A stretch of DNA of 64,000 nucleotides from Mobula hypostoma. Lineage: Eukaryota. Shown here in pieces: positions 50,350 to 61,331 of this stretch. The stretch lies in the NCBI RefSeq assembly GCF_963921235.1, contig NC_086097.1, forward strand, positions 140,864,001 to 140,928,000. Reading direction: 5' to 3'. How positions within the stretch are numbered: position 1 is the stretch's first letter; each line of letters starts with the position of its first letter. The translations under genes were made by a program, and so were the position numbers. The notes beneath the pieces are model-generated. The model did not search any database. It had not been told where the DNA came from and saw nothing but the letters and a program-made list of their open reading frames with translations.

Positions 50350-51245
50350 TGTTACGTAACCGGCAACAATGAATATCAATCGAGGCAGTTCATATACAAA
50401 TAACCAAACATTTGTTAAACACCGATAAACGATAAGGGAGAACAAAACTAACGAAAAAAACTTTAACTGGAAGTTAACAGATTTTCAGCCGTTCACCAAC
50501 TCGCCACTCGGCTCTGGTTCTTAAAGCTTAAATGCGAAAATAGTTCTTAAAGCGATACAGTCAGATATAGTTCTTAAAACGATGACTTTGAAAGTCCAAC
50601 AGAGTTACACGTTCAATTGGGAGAGACTTCTCTGGAGAAGTAGTTCTTCACAGACGCAACTTTACTGCTGGTCCTGTCCACAGGATTCACGATGCCGAAA
50701 ATAAACAGTTTAAATCGACTGACCTTAAATTCCTTTAGAGAGAGAGAGAGCACACCTTTGCATGAACTCATTTCTCTTTTGGCAAGAGTTATCTCGATGC
50801 AGGTTGCTACTCCAACGAAGACTCAATAAGGTCGATCCTTTATTAAACTGCCAAATGATGCCGACTTCTCTGGATTCTTCGATCCTGCACTTCGATGAAT
50901 TCTTCACGCTCCGTTCGAATGTTGGAATTGAGTAAATCGACACATCTAGCAAAAATTTTCAGTCCAAATAATAATGGCATCTTGCAACAGAATGCACAAC
51001 TGTTTTAAAAATGAAACTGCGTCACCAAAGACAAACACGCAACAGGAACAGAGATACAGCACGTTCTACCTAGAAATCTACAAACTCAAAAACCAACTGC
51101 GGCATCTGGGTCGACCGTTATATAGTCACGGGGGCACATGTCATCACGTGACCTCAAATCGGCGGGAAAATCACATCAGGTAACCTCCACAAGACCATTA
51201 CATCATTCTCACAAAAAAAACAACAGATCTCCTTGAGCATGTAAA
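50350..51245 (-). mobile_element. ~0.9-kb solo LTR with TSD ATCAG
   Basis: Starts TGTTAC and ends TGTAAA (imperfect). ATCAG at 50345-50349 and 51246-51250; empty site near 17228. TATA-like (~51120) and AATAAA (~50840) motifs on the minus strand suggest the orientation. Confidence 0.75.
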
Positions 51246-51614
51246 ATCAGCATGTTTAAAAAGTTTGTGAATGAAATCAAACTCAGCCGTGCAGTGGACA
51301 GTGAAGAAGTCTCCTTGAGATGACGACAAGATCTATGTGAATTATTGGGGATAAAGGCCCAAGGAATAGCAGATGCAATTTAACTTGCCAATTACAAAAT
51401 TTAAAAACCTTGCGATTGGATGGTTTACAGAGCAATATCGGTCTTACGTAGGCAAATGAGACTAGTTCTGGTCAGTATGGACGAGTTGTGCAGAAGGGCT
51501 CGTTTCAGTGCTGTGAATTCAACTAGTATATGACTTAATACTGGGAAAATGCATTTATTTGGAGATCAGTGGAGTCGAACGACGTGAAAGCTGCGCTGGA
51601 ATTGAAGATCAGCC

Positions 51615-52999
51615 TGTCATGGTCCGGTCCGTGAAGTCCGCATTCCGGTTCACGGTCTGGTCCGTGGATTCAGGACTCCGGGTCTTCCAGCTGTCCCTCG
51701 TTTGGGTGAGTTAATCATAGGCACCTGATTCCCATCTTGGGGCATGGAATATAAGTAGCCTTGTGGTTGAGTGTGGGCTGCTGGTTTGGCTTGTCAGTTC
51801 CCCTGGGAGCAGCCTGCCGGTGGAAGGTTAATGTGGCCTCTTGCCATCTCCAGGCCGCGTTGGAGAACCATCGCTTCATGGAGCCTTGCTGTCGGTATCA
51901 GAGCTGTCTTTGTGGTATGGATTCGGCTGGTTCCTGGGCCAGCTGAGTGGCTGCCTGCCACTCCGAGCTGGGTAGGGATCCGGCTGTTTCTGTAGCCAGC
52001 TGAGGTTGCTGGACGAACTGAGACTTGGAGCTACCCCGGAGCAGAGACGGAACTGTCTGTTGTTCATTGGTGTTTGTCTCTTCTCCTCGCCTCTGTGTGG
52101 CAAGCCAGGCTGTTTTGCCGTTGCCCTGCGGGTGGACATGTCTTGACTTGTCTTTGCCTCTGTTGGGTAAGTCCGGCCGTTCTGCCGTTACCTGACGGAG
52201 AGACCTGTCTCTCCTTGGTGTGGAGATGAAGCTGAGTTCCGGCTTGTCTTAAGATAAGTCCCGGCTCTACGTTCACCTTCTGTCCTGTCTCATGTTAGGG
52301 TAGTGTTAAAGATGAGTCCCGGCTTGTCGAAGGATCAGTCCCGGCTCTATGTTAATGCTCAGTTCCCAGTCGGTCTCTCAGCTCCAGCCTCCAAGTTATC
52401 AGCATCTGCATTTCAAGACGAAGATCCCGCAGCCAAGCTCCAAGAACCTAACACCTCGGGGATCCAGCAGCCAAGCTCCAAGAACCCAACACCTCGGGGA
52501 TCCCGCAGCCAAGCTCCAAGAACCCAACACCTCGGGGATCCAGCAGCCAAGCTCCAAGAACACTAGCCTCGGGGATCCCGCAGCCAAGCTCCAAGAACAC
52601 TAGCCTCGACGATCCCGCAGCCCAGCTCCAAGAACACTAGCCTCGGGGATCCCGCAGCCAAGCTCAAGACCACGACCCCAGCCTCAAGACTCTAGACCCC
52701 ATCCACGTCCTGTCCTGTAGTCATGTCATGTACTTGCCTGGTTCTGGGGCCCGAGCCCGAGGCAAGACCCAGGTTCTGGGTCCTTGTCCAGTCTCTGGCT
52801 GGGAGCCCAAGCCCAGGCCCCTAGTGCATAGTTCCCTGTCCGGGTTCTCTGTCTTGTCCATGTCCTAGCTCAAGTCTGCGCTCTTGTCCCTGCTCCTGGT
52901 CTGAATCCTGTCACGTCCCTACTCCCGTCAAGTCCTGTTCCTTGTACTTCAGTGTCTGTGTCTTGCAATTGGGTCCGTTCCCAGCACCCCATTGTGACA
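51615..52999. mobile_element. ~1.4-kb solo LTR with 5-bp TSD CAGCC
   Basis: TGTCA..TGACA termini; CAGCC at 51610-51614 and 53000-53004. Removing it restores the CR1-tail word GATCAGCCATGATC. Confidence 0.9.
52423..52665 (+). repeat. Minisatellite inside the LTR, ~6.5 copies of a 37-38 bp unit GATCCCGCAGCCAAGCTCCAAGAAC(CCAACA/ACTAG)CCTCGGG
   Basis: Copies start at 52423, 52461, 52499, 52537, 52574, 52611 and 52648. Confidence 0.95.
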
Positions 53000-53036
53000 C
53001 AGCCATGATCTTTATGAACCAGGAACACGAGGAAGG

Positions 53037-53484
53037 ACGGTCTCATCCGCTCTCATTTCCCCTCCTTTTAATGTGACACTATCTATGGTATTCCAAAGTT
53101 CTACATCCGCAAACTCCGTTTCCATTCGGCTTCCGTCGTCAGATAATTCGATCACGTTGTATTATTTCCTCCCACAGGAAAAGTGGCGTTTCAAATATTG
53201 ACGGAGGTTCAATTATCGATCACTAGGGCTCCGACAAAACCTGTGCTCTTTTACTTTGACATTCAACAACTCGATTTTGCGGAAGCTACATTGGTACCGG
53301 CAGAGGCCGGGACAAGGCCTGCAACGGCTATTATATTTTAAGAGCTCATACGACACCAAGAGGGATATATCTGACGAACGATTAATTGCGAGCAAAGTAC
53401 CTGAGACTCAATCGTGCACTCTGCTCTTGATGAATATCCCGCGAGAAGGATGCTGGCTACATACTGGCCAAATGCGAAGGGAAG
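53037..53484 (+). pseudogene. TRGV: V5: decayed TCR gamma-type V of a second family. Probable leader 53037-53087 (ACG start), intron 53088-53177, V exon from 53178
   Basis: QILTEVQLSITRAPTKPV.., LHWYRQRPGQGLQRLLYF, ERLIASKVPETQSCTL, then out-of-frame KDAG..Y..AK. Both Cys are lost, there are several frameshifts, and the RSS is eroded (CCAGTA at 53485). The leader assignment is tentative. Confidence 0.8.
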
Positions 53485-54118
53485 CCAGTACATAACCCCA
53501 ACGGGTACCTTGTATATAACGTGTGCACTGACCAAGTAACAGGCATTGTGCCTCACGATCCCCGCGAACATCTGCAATTAACTAATGCCATTCGTTGTTT
53601 TTAGACACAGTTCAATTTGCATATTACTTTATAGTTTGGTTGAATAACGCTGTTTCGATAAATTTTGCGATGGACTCTGAACGTGAGTTCAAATTTCATT
53701 AATGGATCAGAGCTAAGAGCGTGATCACAATGAACCTAAACTCCGATTGAATTATCCCTGCTCTGAACTAGGATTATGAAGTTATGCGGTACGCAAGTAG
53801 TTTTTTGGGATCATTCTCCCACTTCTGTTTATCTCACTTGCCCCCCCCCCCCCACTTTCACAGAGATATCTAGCACGGAAACGTATTTCTTCCCAGGTCA
53901 TTCATTGTGACGATCACGATAGCTGTGCCACACATGATTTTACATATCTCTATACATCTTCCAAAGCCTGCTTCTCCCTAGGGCTAATTCCTAATTCTAC
54001 CCAGACTCTCCAAATAACAAAAGTTATTCTGTTTCAATAACATCCTTGTGAGTCTTCTCTGCACCATAAAGGCACCTTCCTATAGTTAGACCACCGGAAA
54101 TGAGCACCATACTCCAAG

Positions 54119-54248
54119 ACACGAGAAAATCCGCAGATGCTGAAAGTCCATAGCAATCAGGGCGGTCCCTGCCAGAAACGTCGAATTTTTACTCTTTTCC
54201 ATAGATCCTGCCTGGCTTGCTGAATTCCATCAGCATTTTGTTTGTGTT
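54119..54248 (+). mobile_element. Short old Penelope-terminus-derived insertion with 13-bp TSD ACCATA(C/T)TCCAAG
   Basis: TSD at 54106-54118 and 54249-54261; contains GAAACGTCGA and ATAGATCCTGCCTGGCTTGCTGA. Confidence 0.7.
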
Positions 54249-54793
54249 ACCATATTCCAAGTGTGGTTTAATCAATGTTTTGTAAAATAATACTTTATTC
54301 CATCTGCTGTAATCAACGAACTAACTAATGAAAGACTTCGCCGCCCTATCCAACTGTGTCTCCGCCTTCAGGGGACTATATACTTCTGCCCCTCGATCTC
54401 TCTGCAGTCCATCCGTTACTGTGTAAATCCTGGCCTGCTTTAAGTTTCCAAAATGCAACACTCCAAATCTGACCGCGTTAAATTCCATCTGCTATCCTTT
54501 GGCCTATTTCCCGAGCTGATGGAGATCCTCCTGTATTCTTACACAACTTCTTAAGATGACCGATAACAGTTTTGGTGTAGTCTGCAAATTAATAACCACG
54601 CCATCCGCAATCTGATCTATTATGTTATTGCAAACGATGAATAGTAGGAAGACTAGCATTCCTGAGGAACTACTTTCCTGTATTTCCAAGGTAATTCTCC
54701 GTGCTTATTTGCTCACATCCTCATAACCAGAGCAATTGCCGAAGAGACGTTAGGTCTTGTCGTTGAGTAGCTCGCCGAGCTGGCTTGTTAGCT

Positions 54794-54835
54794 TGCAGAC
54801 GTGTCGTTACCCAGCTAGGCAACATCATCAGTGCA
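54794..54835 (-). ncRNA. Hammerhead ribozyme motif, GAAA mutated to GACA
   Basis: TGCA-CTGATGA-TGTTGCCTAGCTGGGTAAC-GACA-CGTC-TGCA on the minus strand. Confidence 0.7.
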
Positions 54836-55390
54836 ACTTCGAATGAAATTTTGGTGCTCCTCATTGTTCGTCTTTTATGTGTCCTGTGATTAGTCGGTTT
54901 GTTTGTTTGTGTGTGTGTGTGTGGGGGGGGGTGGTATATGTGCCATTTCTGTTGGTTACCGATTATGTAATCCGCTATTGGTTCGTTACAATCCAATTAG
55001 TTGATAATTGTTGTTCTCGCAGTGTTAGTCGATCGTTATTTAGGATGAATATCGTCCTCATCGATTGACGCGGGTAATCAGGTGTGAATTGGCTCTTGGC
55101 TCTGCACTGCCAATTTGACGCTGAAGCGGGTTCATTTCGACGCGCTTGCTGATAGAATTCTGTATCGAAAACAAAGCCTCTAAGAAATCTATGCGCCATC
55201 TGCGACAAGCATTATATTGGACAGCCTGGTAGTAAGCTATCAACAATGGTACATGAACACCAACTGGCTGTAAACCGTCATGATCAACTTTCCCTTATAT
55301 CTATACATTGTGGCAGCGAAGCACATCAATTCGACTCGACCAATGCTACTATCCTAGGCCAAGCCCGTCAACGAGAAGCCCGAGAATTCA

Positions 55391-55432
55391 TGCACTAATG
55401 ATGTTGCCTAGCTGAGTAACTAAAAGTCTGCA
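55391..55432 (+). ncRNA. Hammerhead ribozyme motif, degenerate (CUAAUGA, UAAA)
   Basis: TGCA-CTAATGA-TGTTGCCTAGCTGAGTAAC-TAAA-AGTC-TGCA. Confidence 0.6.
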
Positions 55433-55794
55433 AGCTAACAAGTCAGCTCGGCGAGCCACTCAACAACTATATTCTCAATTCGATAACAAATCAGTTCCAA
55501 CATGTTAAACCGTAAGGTCTATTGTTTGTGGTGGTATTCCAGGGGATGAAGAAGCCTAAATCTACTATTGAAGTTAAATTTCTATATTTATATTGAGGAA
55601 TTTTATATAGCAGCACAAAACCTCGAGATACAGCACTGTAAAAAAGTCTTAGGCACATATAGCCTATTTTTCCATAGTACTAGTCTTTTCCACAATACTA
55701 TAGTAGTTTTATGTGCTGTACTGTAATGCTGCCGCATAAAAAAACAACTAATTTCATGACATGTGTGAGTGACGATAAACCGAATTTAACAAGG

Positions 55795-58700
55795 GGGCAA
55801 GGATAAGAAGAATAAGTATTCCAACGGCAAGATGACACAACTGTGGCTGACAAGAGAAGTCAAAGCCAACATAAAAGCTAAAGAGAAGCAATATAAAAGG
55901 AAATATGAGGGCATATAATAGAGCAAAGGTTTGTAAGAAGTTTGGTAATTGAGAAGCTTTTAACATCTAACAGATAGCAACTAAAAATTTCATAAAGATG
56001 GAATACGAAGATACGCTAACCAATAATATTAAAGAGGATACTTAAAGTAAAGGGTAAACGAGAGTCGGGAATACATGCTGAACTGCTGGAAATTTATGCT
56101 AGAGAGGTAGAAATGGGATGCAAAGAAATGGAATGTGGATCGATAAAGTATTTTCCACAGGTCTGTACTATGCAAGGCAATACCAGTGTGCTAGAAATTC
56201 AAGACTGTTATGGGGCAGAAATGACCGAAGTTGATATCACTATGGAGAAGATGCTTACGTAACTGAAAGGTCTGACATTAGGTGAATCACCTCGACCAGA
56301 TCGTCTACACTTCAGGATTCTGAAAGAGGTGGTGAAGTCATTGTGGAGGCACTAGAAATAACCTTTCAATAATCAATAGATTCTGACATGGTTTTAGAGG
56401 ACTAAAACATTAAGGGATATTTTTTCTGGTCGGCTGCCAGTGACTAGTGGTGTTTCACAGGAGTCTGTGTTGGGACCACTTCTTTTTACTTTTTATGTCA
56501 ATGATTTCAATGACGCAATTGATGGCATAATGGTCACGTTTGTGGACAATAGGAAGATGGATGGAGGAACAGGTAGTGATGTAGAAGTAGGAAAACTGCA
56601 GAAAGACTTAGATCGATTGATTAGAAGAATGGCAAAGAATTGGCAGATAGAATTCAGTGTCAGGGAAACATACAGTCATGCACGTTGGTAGAAGCAATCA
56701 AAGTATGGACTATTTTCGAAATGGAGAGAAAATTCAAAATTCCGAGGTGCAAAGGGACTTGTGCGTCCTCGTGCAGGATTCCCTAAAGGGTAACTCGCAA
56801 GTTGAGTTCATGGTGAGGAAGGCAGATACAGTGTTAGCTGTCATTTCAAGGGGACTAGAATATAAAAACAAGGATGTAATGTTGAGGCTTTATAAGGCAC
56901 TGGTAAGGCCTCATTAAGCAGCCCTCTACACTATCCACAACACCCATAACCTTTGTGTGATCCGCAATTTTACTAACCCATCCCTCCACTTCATCATCCA
57001 GGTCATTTATAAAAATCACGAAGAGTAAGGGTCCCAGAACAGATCCCTGAGGCACACCACTGGTCATCGATCTCCATGCAGAATATGAGCCGTCTACAAC
57101 CATTCTTTGTCTTCTGTGGACAAGCCAATTCTGAATCCACAAAGCAATCTCCCCTTGGATCTCATGCCTCCTTACTTTCTCAATAAGCCTTGCATGGGGT
57201 ACCTGATCATATGCCTTGCTGAAATGCATGTACACTACATCTACTGCTTTACGTTCATCAATGTGTTTAGTCACATCCTCAAAAAATTAAATCAGGCTCG
57301 TAAGGCATGACCGGCCTTTGATAAAACCATGCTGACTATTCCAAATCATATTAATTCTCTCCAAATGTTTATGTATCCTGCCTCTCAGGATCTTTTCTAT
57401 CAACTTGCAAACCACTGAAGTAGGACTGACTGGACGATAATTTCTCGTCTATCTCCACTCCCTTTCTTGAAAAAGGGAACAACATCTGCAACCCTCCGAT
57501 CCTCTGGAACCTTTCCCGTTCTCACTGATGATGCAAAGATCATCACCAGAGGCTCAGCAATCTCCTCTCTCGCCTCCCACAGTAGCCTGGGGTGCATCTC
57601 GTCCGGTCCTGTGACTTACCCAACTTGATGCTTTCGAAAAGTTCCAGCACAGCTTCTTTCTTAATATCTATATGCTCAACTTTTTCAGTCCACTGTAAGT
57701 CATCAGTACAAACACCAAGATCCTTTTCCGTAGTGAATACTGAAGCAAAGTTTTCATTAAGTATCTCTGCTATCTCCTCCGGTTCCATACACACTTTTCT
57801 ACTGTCACACTTGATTGGTCCTATTCTCTCACGTTTTATCGTCTTACTCTTTACATACCTTTAGAATGCCTTGGGGTTTTCCTTCATCCTGTCCGCCAAG
57901 GCATTTTCATAGCCTCTTCTGGCTCTGCTAATTTCGTTCTTAAGCTCCTTCGTGCGAGGCTTATAATCTTCAAGATCTCTATCATTACCTAGTTTGTTGA
58001 ACCTTTTGTAAGCTTATCTTTTCTTCTTGACTAGATTTACAACAGCCTTTATACATCTCGGTTCCTGTACCCTGCCATCCTTTCCCTGTCTCATTGGAAC
58101 GTACCTATGCAGAACTTCACACAAATATGTCATGGTTCCTTTTGGCTGTTCGCCTTTTACACTCCTTTCTCCCTGATTATGCCCTAATTTCAGTCATTAA
58201 ATTTCCAATTGCTGCTCGTTTACTGAATTACTGCACACCTGTGTTTCATCAGAGTCTGTGAAATAAGTACAATGCCGTCCCTATCACAAATTGTCAGTTT
58301 TTTGGTCTATTCTCATGTGATACTTCGTTCCCTTGTCCGATTAGCACCGTTACTTCTAAATCTCGTTCCACGTTGAGCTCTAGTTTCAAGATAGTCCCTA
58401 CTTCTAGTTCATTTCCACAGATGCTACCTGACCGTCCAAGTACCTCCAGCATTTTCCGTGTGTTGCTTTGGATTTCCAGCATCAGCAGAATTTATCATTT
58501 CACAGATGTGCTTACTAATATGAAAAATGCTGACACACACTTCTGGGAGTCAGGATGGTAGGAGGAATGGGTGGGTTGAATATTTATTGGCAGACTGTGC
58601 TGTAAAGGCAGAAAAAGCTGGAAGTGGATAAGACACCCGGTCCGGATGGCTTGCACCCACAATTACTGAGGAAACTGGAGTCAGACAATACAGACAGTTG

Positions 58701-61331
58701 CCATCATCTTCCATTTCCCCAGGGTAAGGGGGCCAGAGGAACGTGGCACCATTGTTTAGGAAAAAGTGGATGCATTTTCCTAGAAACCATTGACTAATCA
58801 GTCTGATAGCAACATCGGTAAAATTTAGAAACAAAGTTAAAGAAGAAAATCAACAGGCACTTGGAGAGGATATGCAGGTGAGCGAGCACGGGCTTGTTAA
58901 ATGCAAATTGGATTTAATTAATATAATCCATTATTTCATTAAGTAACAGAGAAGTTGATGTAAGTTAATCGAAATAAAAAGTTAGCCCTGACTCTCTGCA
59001 CTAATATAATCTAATCAGCTGAATTTTTCTCACAGCTTTGAACAGAGGTCAATCAGTGAGAAGACAAAGCTCACTCGGGTTCGCCGATTGATTACATAGG
59101 GCATCGATTGCTGGCAGTTTGGTTTCTGAACAGCGGCCAATTAGCGATTGAGATTGATTGGCAAAAACAAATTAATATAAGACAGGGGAAGCACATGGGA
59201 ACCAGAGTACCAGAGAAGATAGCGGAGAGGTTGTGGAGACAGATTGTTAAGACTTCAGACGAATTCAGAAAATAAAAATTTAAGCATAGAGAGAACAATA
59301 TTCTAAGCTGCATATATTTCAATGCAAGATGTACTGTGGGAAAGGTAGATGAGCTCAGAGCTTGGATCAATGCGTGGAATTATGATATCGTAGCCATTAG
59401 TGAGATTTGCTTGCAGAAGTTGAAGGATTGGCAGCTCAATATTCCGAGTTCCGTTGTTTTCGACGTGAAAGGACGGGAGGGATTAAAGAGCGAGGGATGG
59501 CGTTACTAGTCAGGGAAAATGTCACGGCATGTTCAGTCAGGAGAGTCTGGAGAACATGTCAAGTGAAGTTTTATGGGTGGAACTGAAGAATACGAAAGGT
59601 ATGAGCACGTTAACTGGTCTATATTATTGACGACTCAGCAGTCCGCGGGATTTAGATGAGCAGATCTGTAGAGACATCGCAGACTGTTGCACGAGGTTGT
59701 TTCTTGCAACAGTAGTAGGTTGTTTAAAATTTCCAACCACCCAACAATCTCCGAGATTTTGATGAACACATCGTAGACTGTTACAAGGAACATAAAGTTG
59801 TAATAGTATGGGATTTTAACTTTCCACATATTGACTATGACTCCCATACTGTAAAAGGACGAGATAGGATGGAGTTTGTCATATGTGTTCAGGAAACTAC
59901 CCTTAATCAGTACATAGACGATTGTGCAATGAGAGATTGTGCGATACTTGATCTTCTTTCAGGGAATGAGACAGGGTGGGTGATACAGGTTTATGTCGGG
60001 GAACACTTTGCATCTGGTCATCATAATACTGTTAGTTTCAATGTAAAATATGCAAAATGATAGGTCTGGTTCGTGGGTCGGGATTATAAATTGGACAAAG
60101 GCCAATTTTGATGGTATCAGAAGGATCTGGCAAATATGGATCGGACAGGTTGATTCTGCAAAGGTGTTCCAGGTAAGTCGGTGGCCTTCAGAAGTGAATT
60201 CCGAGAGTACAAAGCTCGTACAGGCCTGTCAGAGTAAACGGTAAAGATAACAGATGTAGGGAAACTTGGTTTTCAAGAGATATGGAGGCCTGGTTCAGAA
60301 AGTAAAATAGGTGCATTGCAGGTAGGAACAGATGAGATACGTATTGAGTATAAGAAATGCAAGAGAATACATAACAATAAAACAGGAAGGCAAAAAGAAA
60401 GCATGGAGTTGGCTTGGCAGACAAGCTGAAGGAGAATCCGAAGGGATTCTACAGATACATTACGATCAAGAGGTTTGCAAGGGACAAAATTGATCCTCTG
60501 GAAGATCAGAATGGTAATCTATCTGTGCAGCCAAACGAGATGGGAGAGACCTCAAATGGATATTGTCTTTGTATCTGTATTTACTCAGCAGGTGGGCACA
60601 GACTCTTTTGGAGTTAGGCAAATCTACGGCGAGGTCATGGACCCTGAACAGATTACAGAGGAGTCGGTGTTTGCTGTCCTGAGGCAAAATATGGTGGATA
60701 AATTCCCAGGGACTGAGAAAGAGTTACTTTGAACCCTGTGGGAAGAAGTTGCAGAAATTGCAAGGCCCGAGCAGAGATATTTAAATAATCCTTAACGACA
60801 GGTGGCATACTGGAAGATTGGAGTCTAGCTAATGTTGTCCTGCTGTTTAAGAAATGCTCTAAGTGTAAACTAGGAAACACAGATTGGTGAGTTTGACATT
60901 ATTAATGGGAAATTTATTGCATAGTATTCTAAGGGATCGGACATACTAGTATTTGGATAGAAATGGACTGATTAGGCACAGTCAGCGTGGCTTTTTGCGT
61001 GGTAAATTGTGCCCAACCAATCTTGTAGAGATTTCTTTAAGAGGTTACCAGGAATGTTGCTGAAAGCAAGGCAGTGGATGCTGTCTACATGGAGGTCAGT
61101 GAGACATTTAACAAGGTCCCGCATGGAAGATTGGTCGTGAAGGTTCAATTGTTTGGCATTCAAGATGAGGTAGTAAATGACCTTAGACATTGTCTTTGTG
61201 GGAGAAGCCATGGAATAGTAGTAGATGGTTTCCTCTCTGATTGGAGACATTTGACTATTGGCCTGCTGCAGGGATCGATGTTGGGACTGTTCATTGTCAT
61301 CTATAGCTAGGATCTGGATGATAATGTAATT
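55795..61331 (+). repeat. Partial duplication unit 5 (equivalent of ~2965-11430; no V inside the window)
   Basis: Collinear CR1 + / CR1 - / CR1 + blocks, with deletions near 56410 and 56915. Confidence 0.88.

Larger units (their letters stand above)
36179..51556 (+). repeat. Tandem duplication unit 4 (contains V4)
   Basis: Collinear with 2176-17548. Private ~1.5-kb deletion near 37885 and insertions at 37053, 45078 and 50350. Confidence 0.9.
54760..55465. mobile_element. Second Penelope-like family: GIY-YIG C-terminus split into opposite-strand pieces between inverted termini
   Basis: + strand ~55200-55390 reads CDKHYIGQPGSKLSTMVHEH..HQFD..ILGQARQREAREF; - strand from ~55190 reads FLEALFSIQNSISKRVE. 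Segments 54760-54835 and 55391-55465 are inverted repeats. Confidence 0.85.

Noticed and set aside
52423-52665. Regular 37-38 bp repeats as a CRISPR array
   Set aside because: Head-to-tail units without unique spacers, inside a eukaryotic LTR, and no cas genes.
53597-53625. TGTTTTTAG as a J nonamer and a nearby ATTTGCAT octamer
   Set aside because: No heptamer at 12 or 23 nt and no J motif; a lone octamer downstream of a pseudogene is expected by chance.
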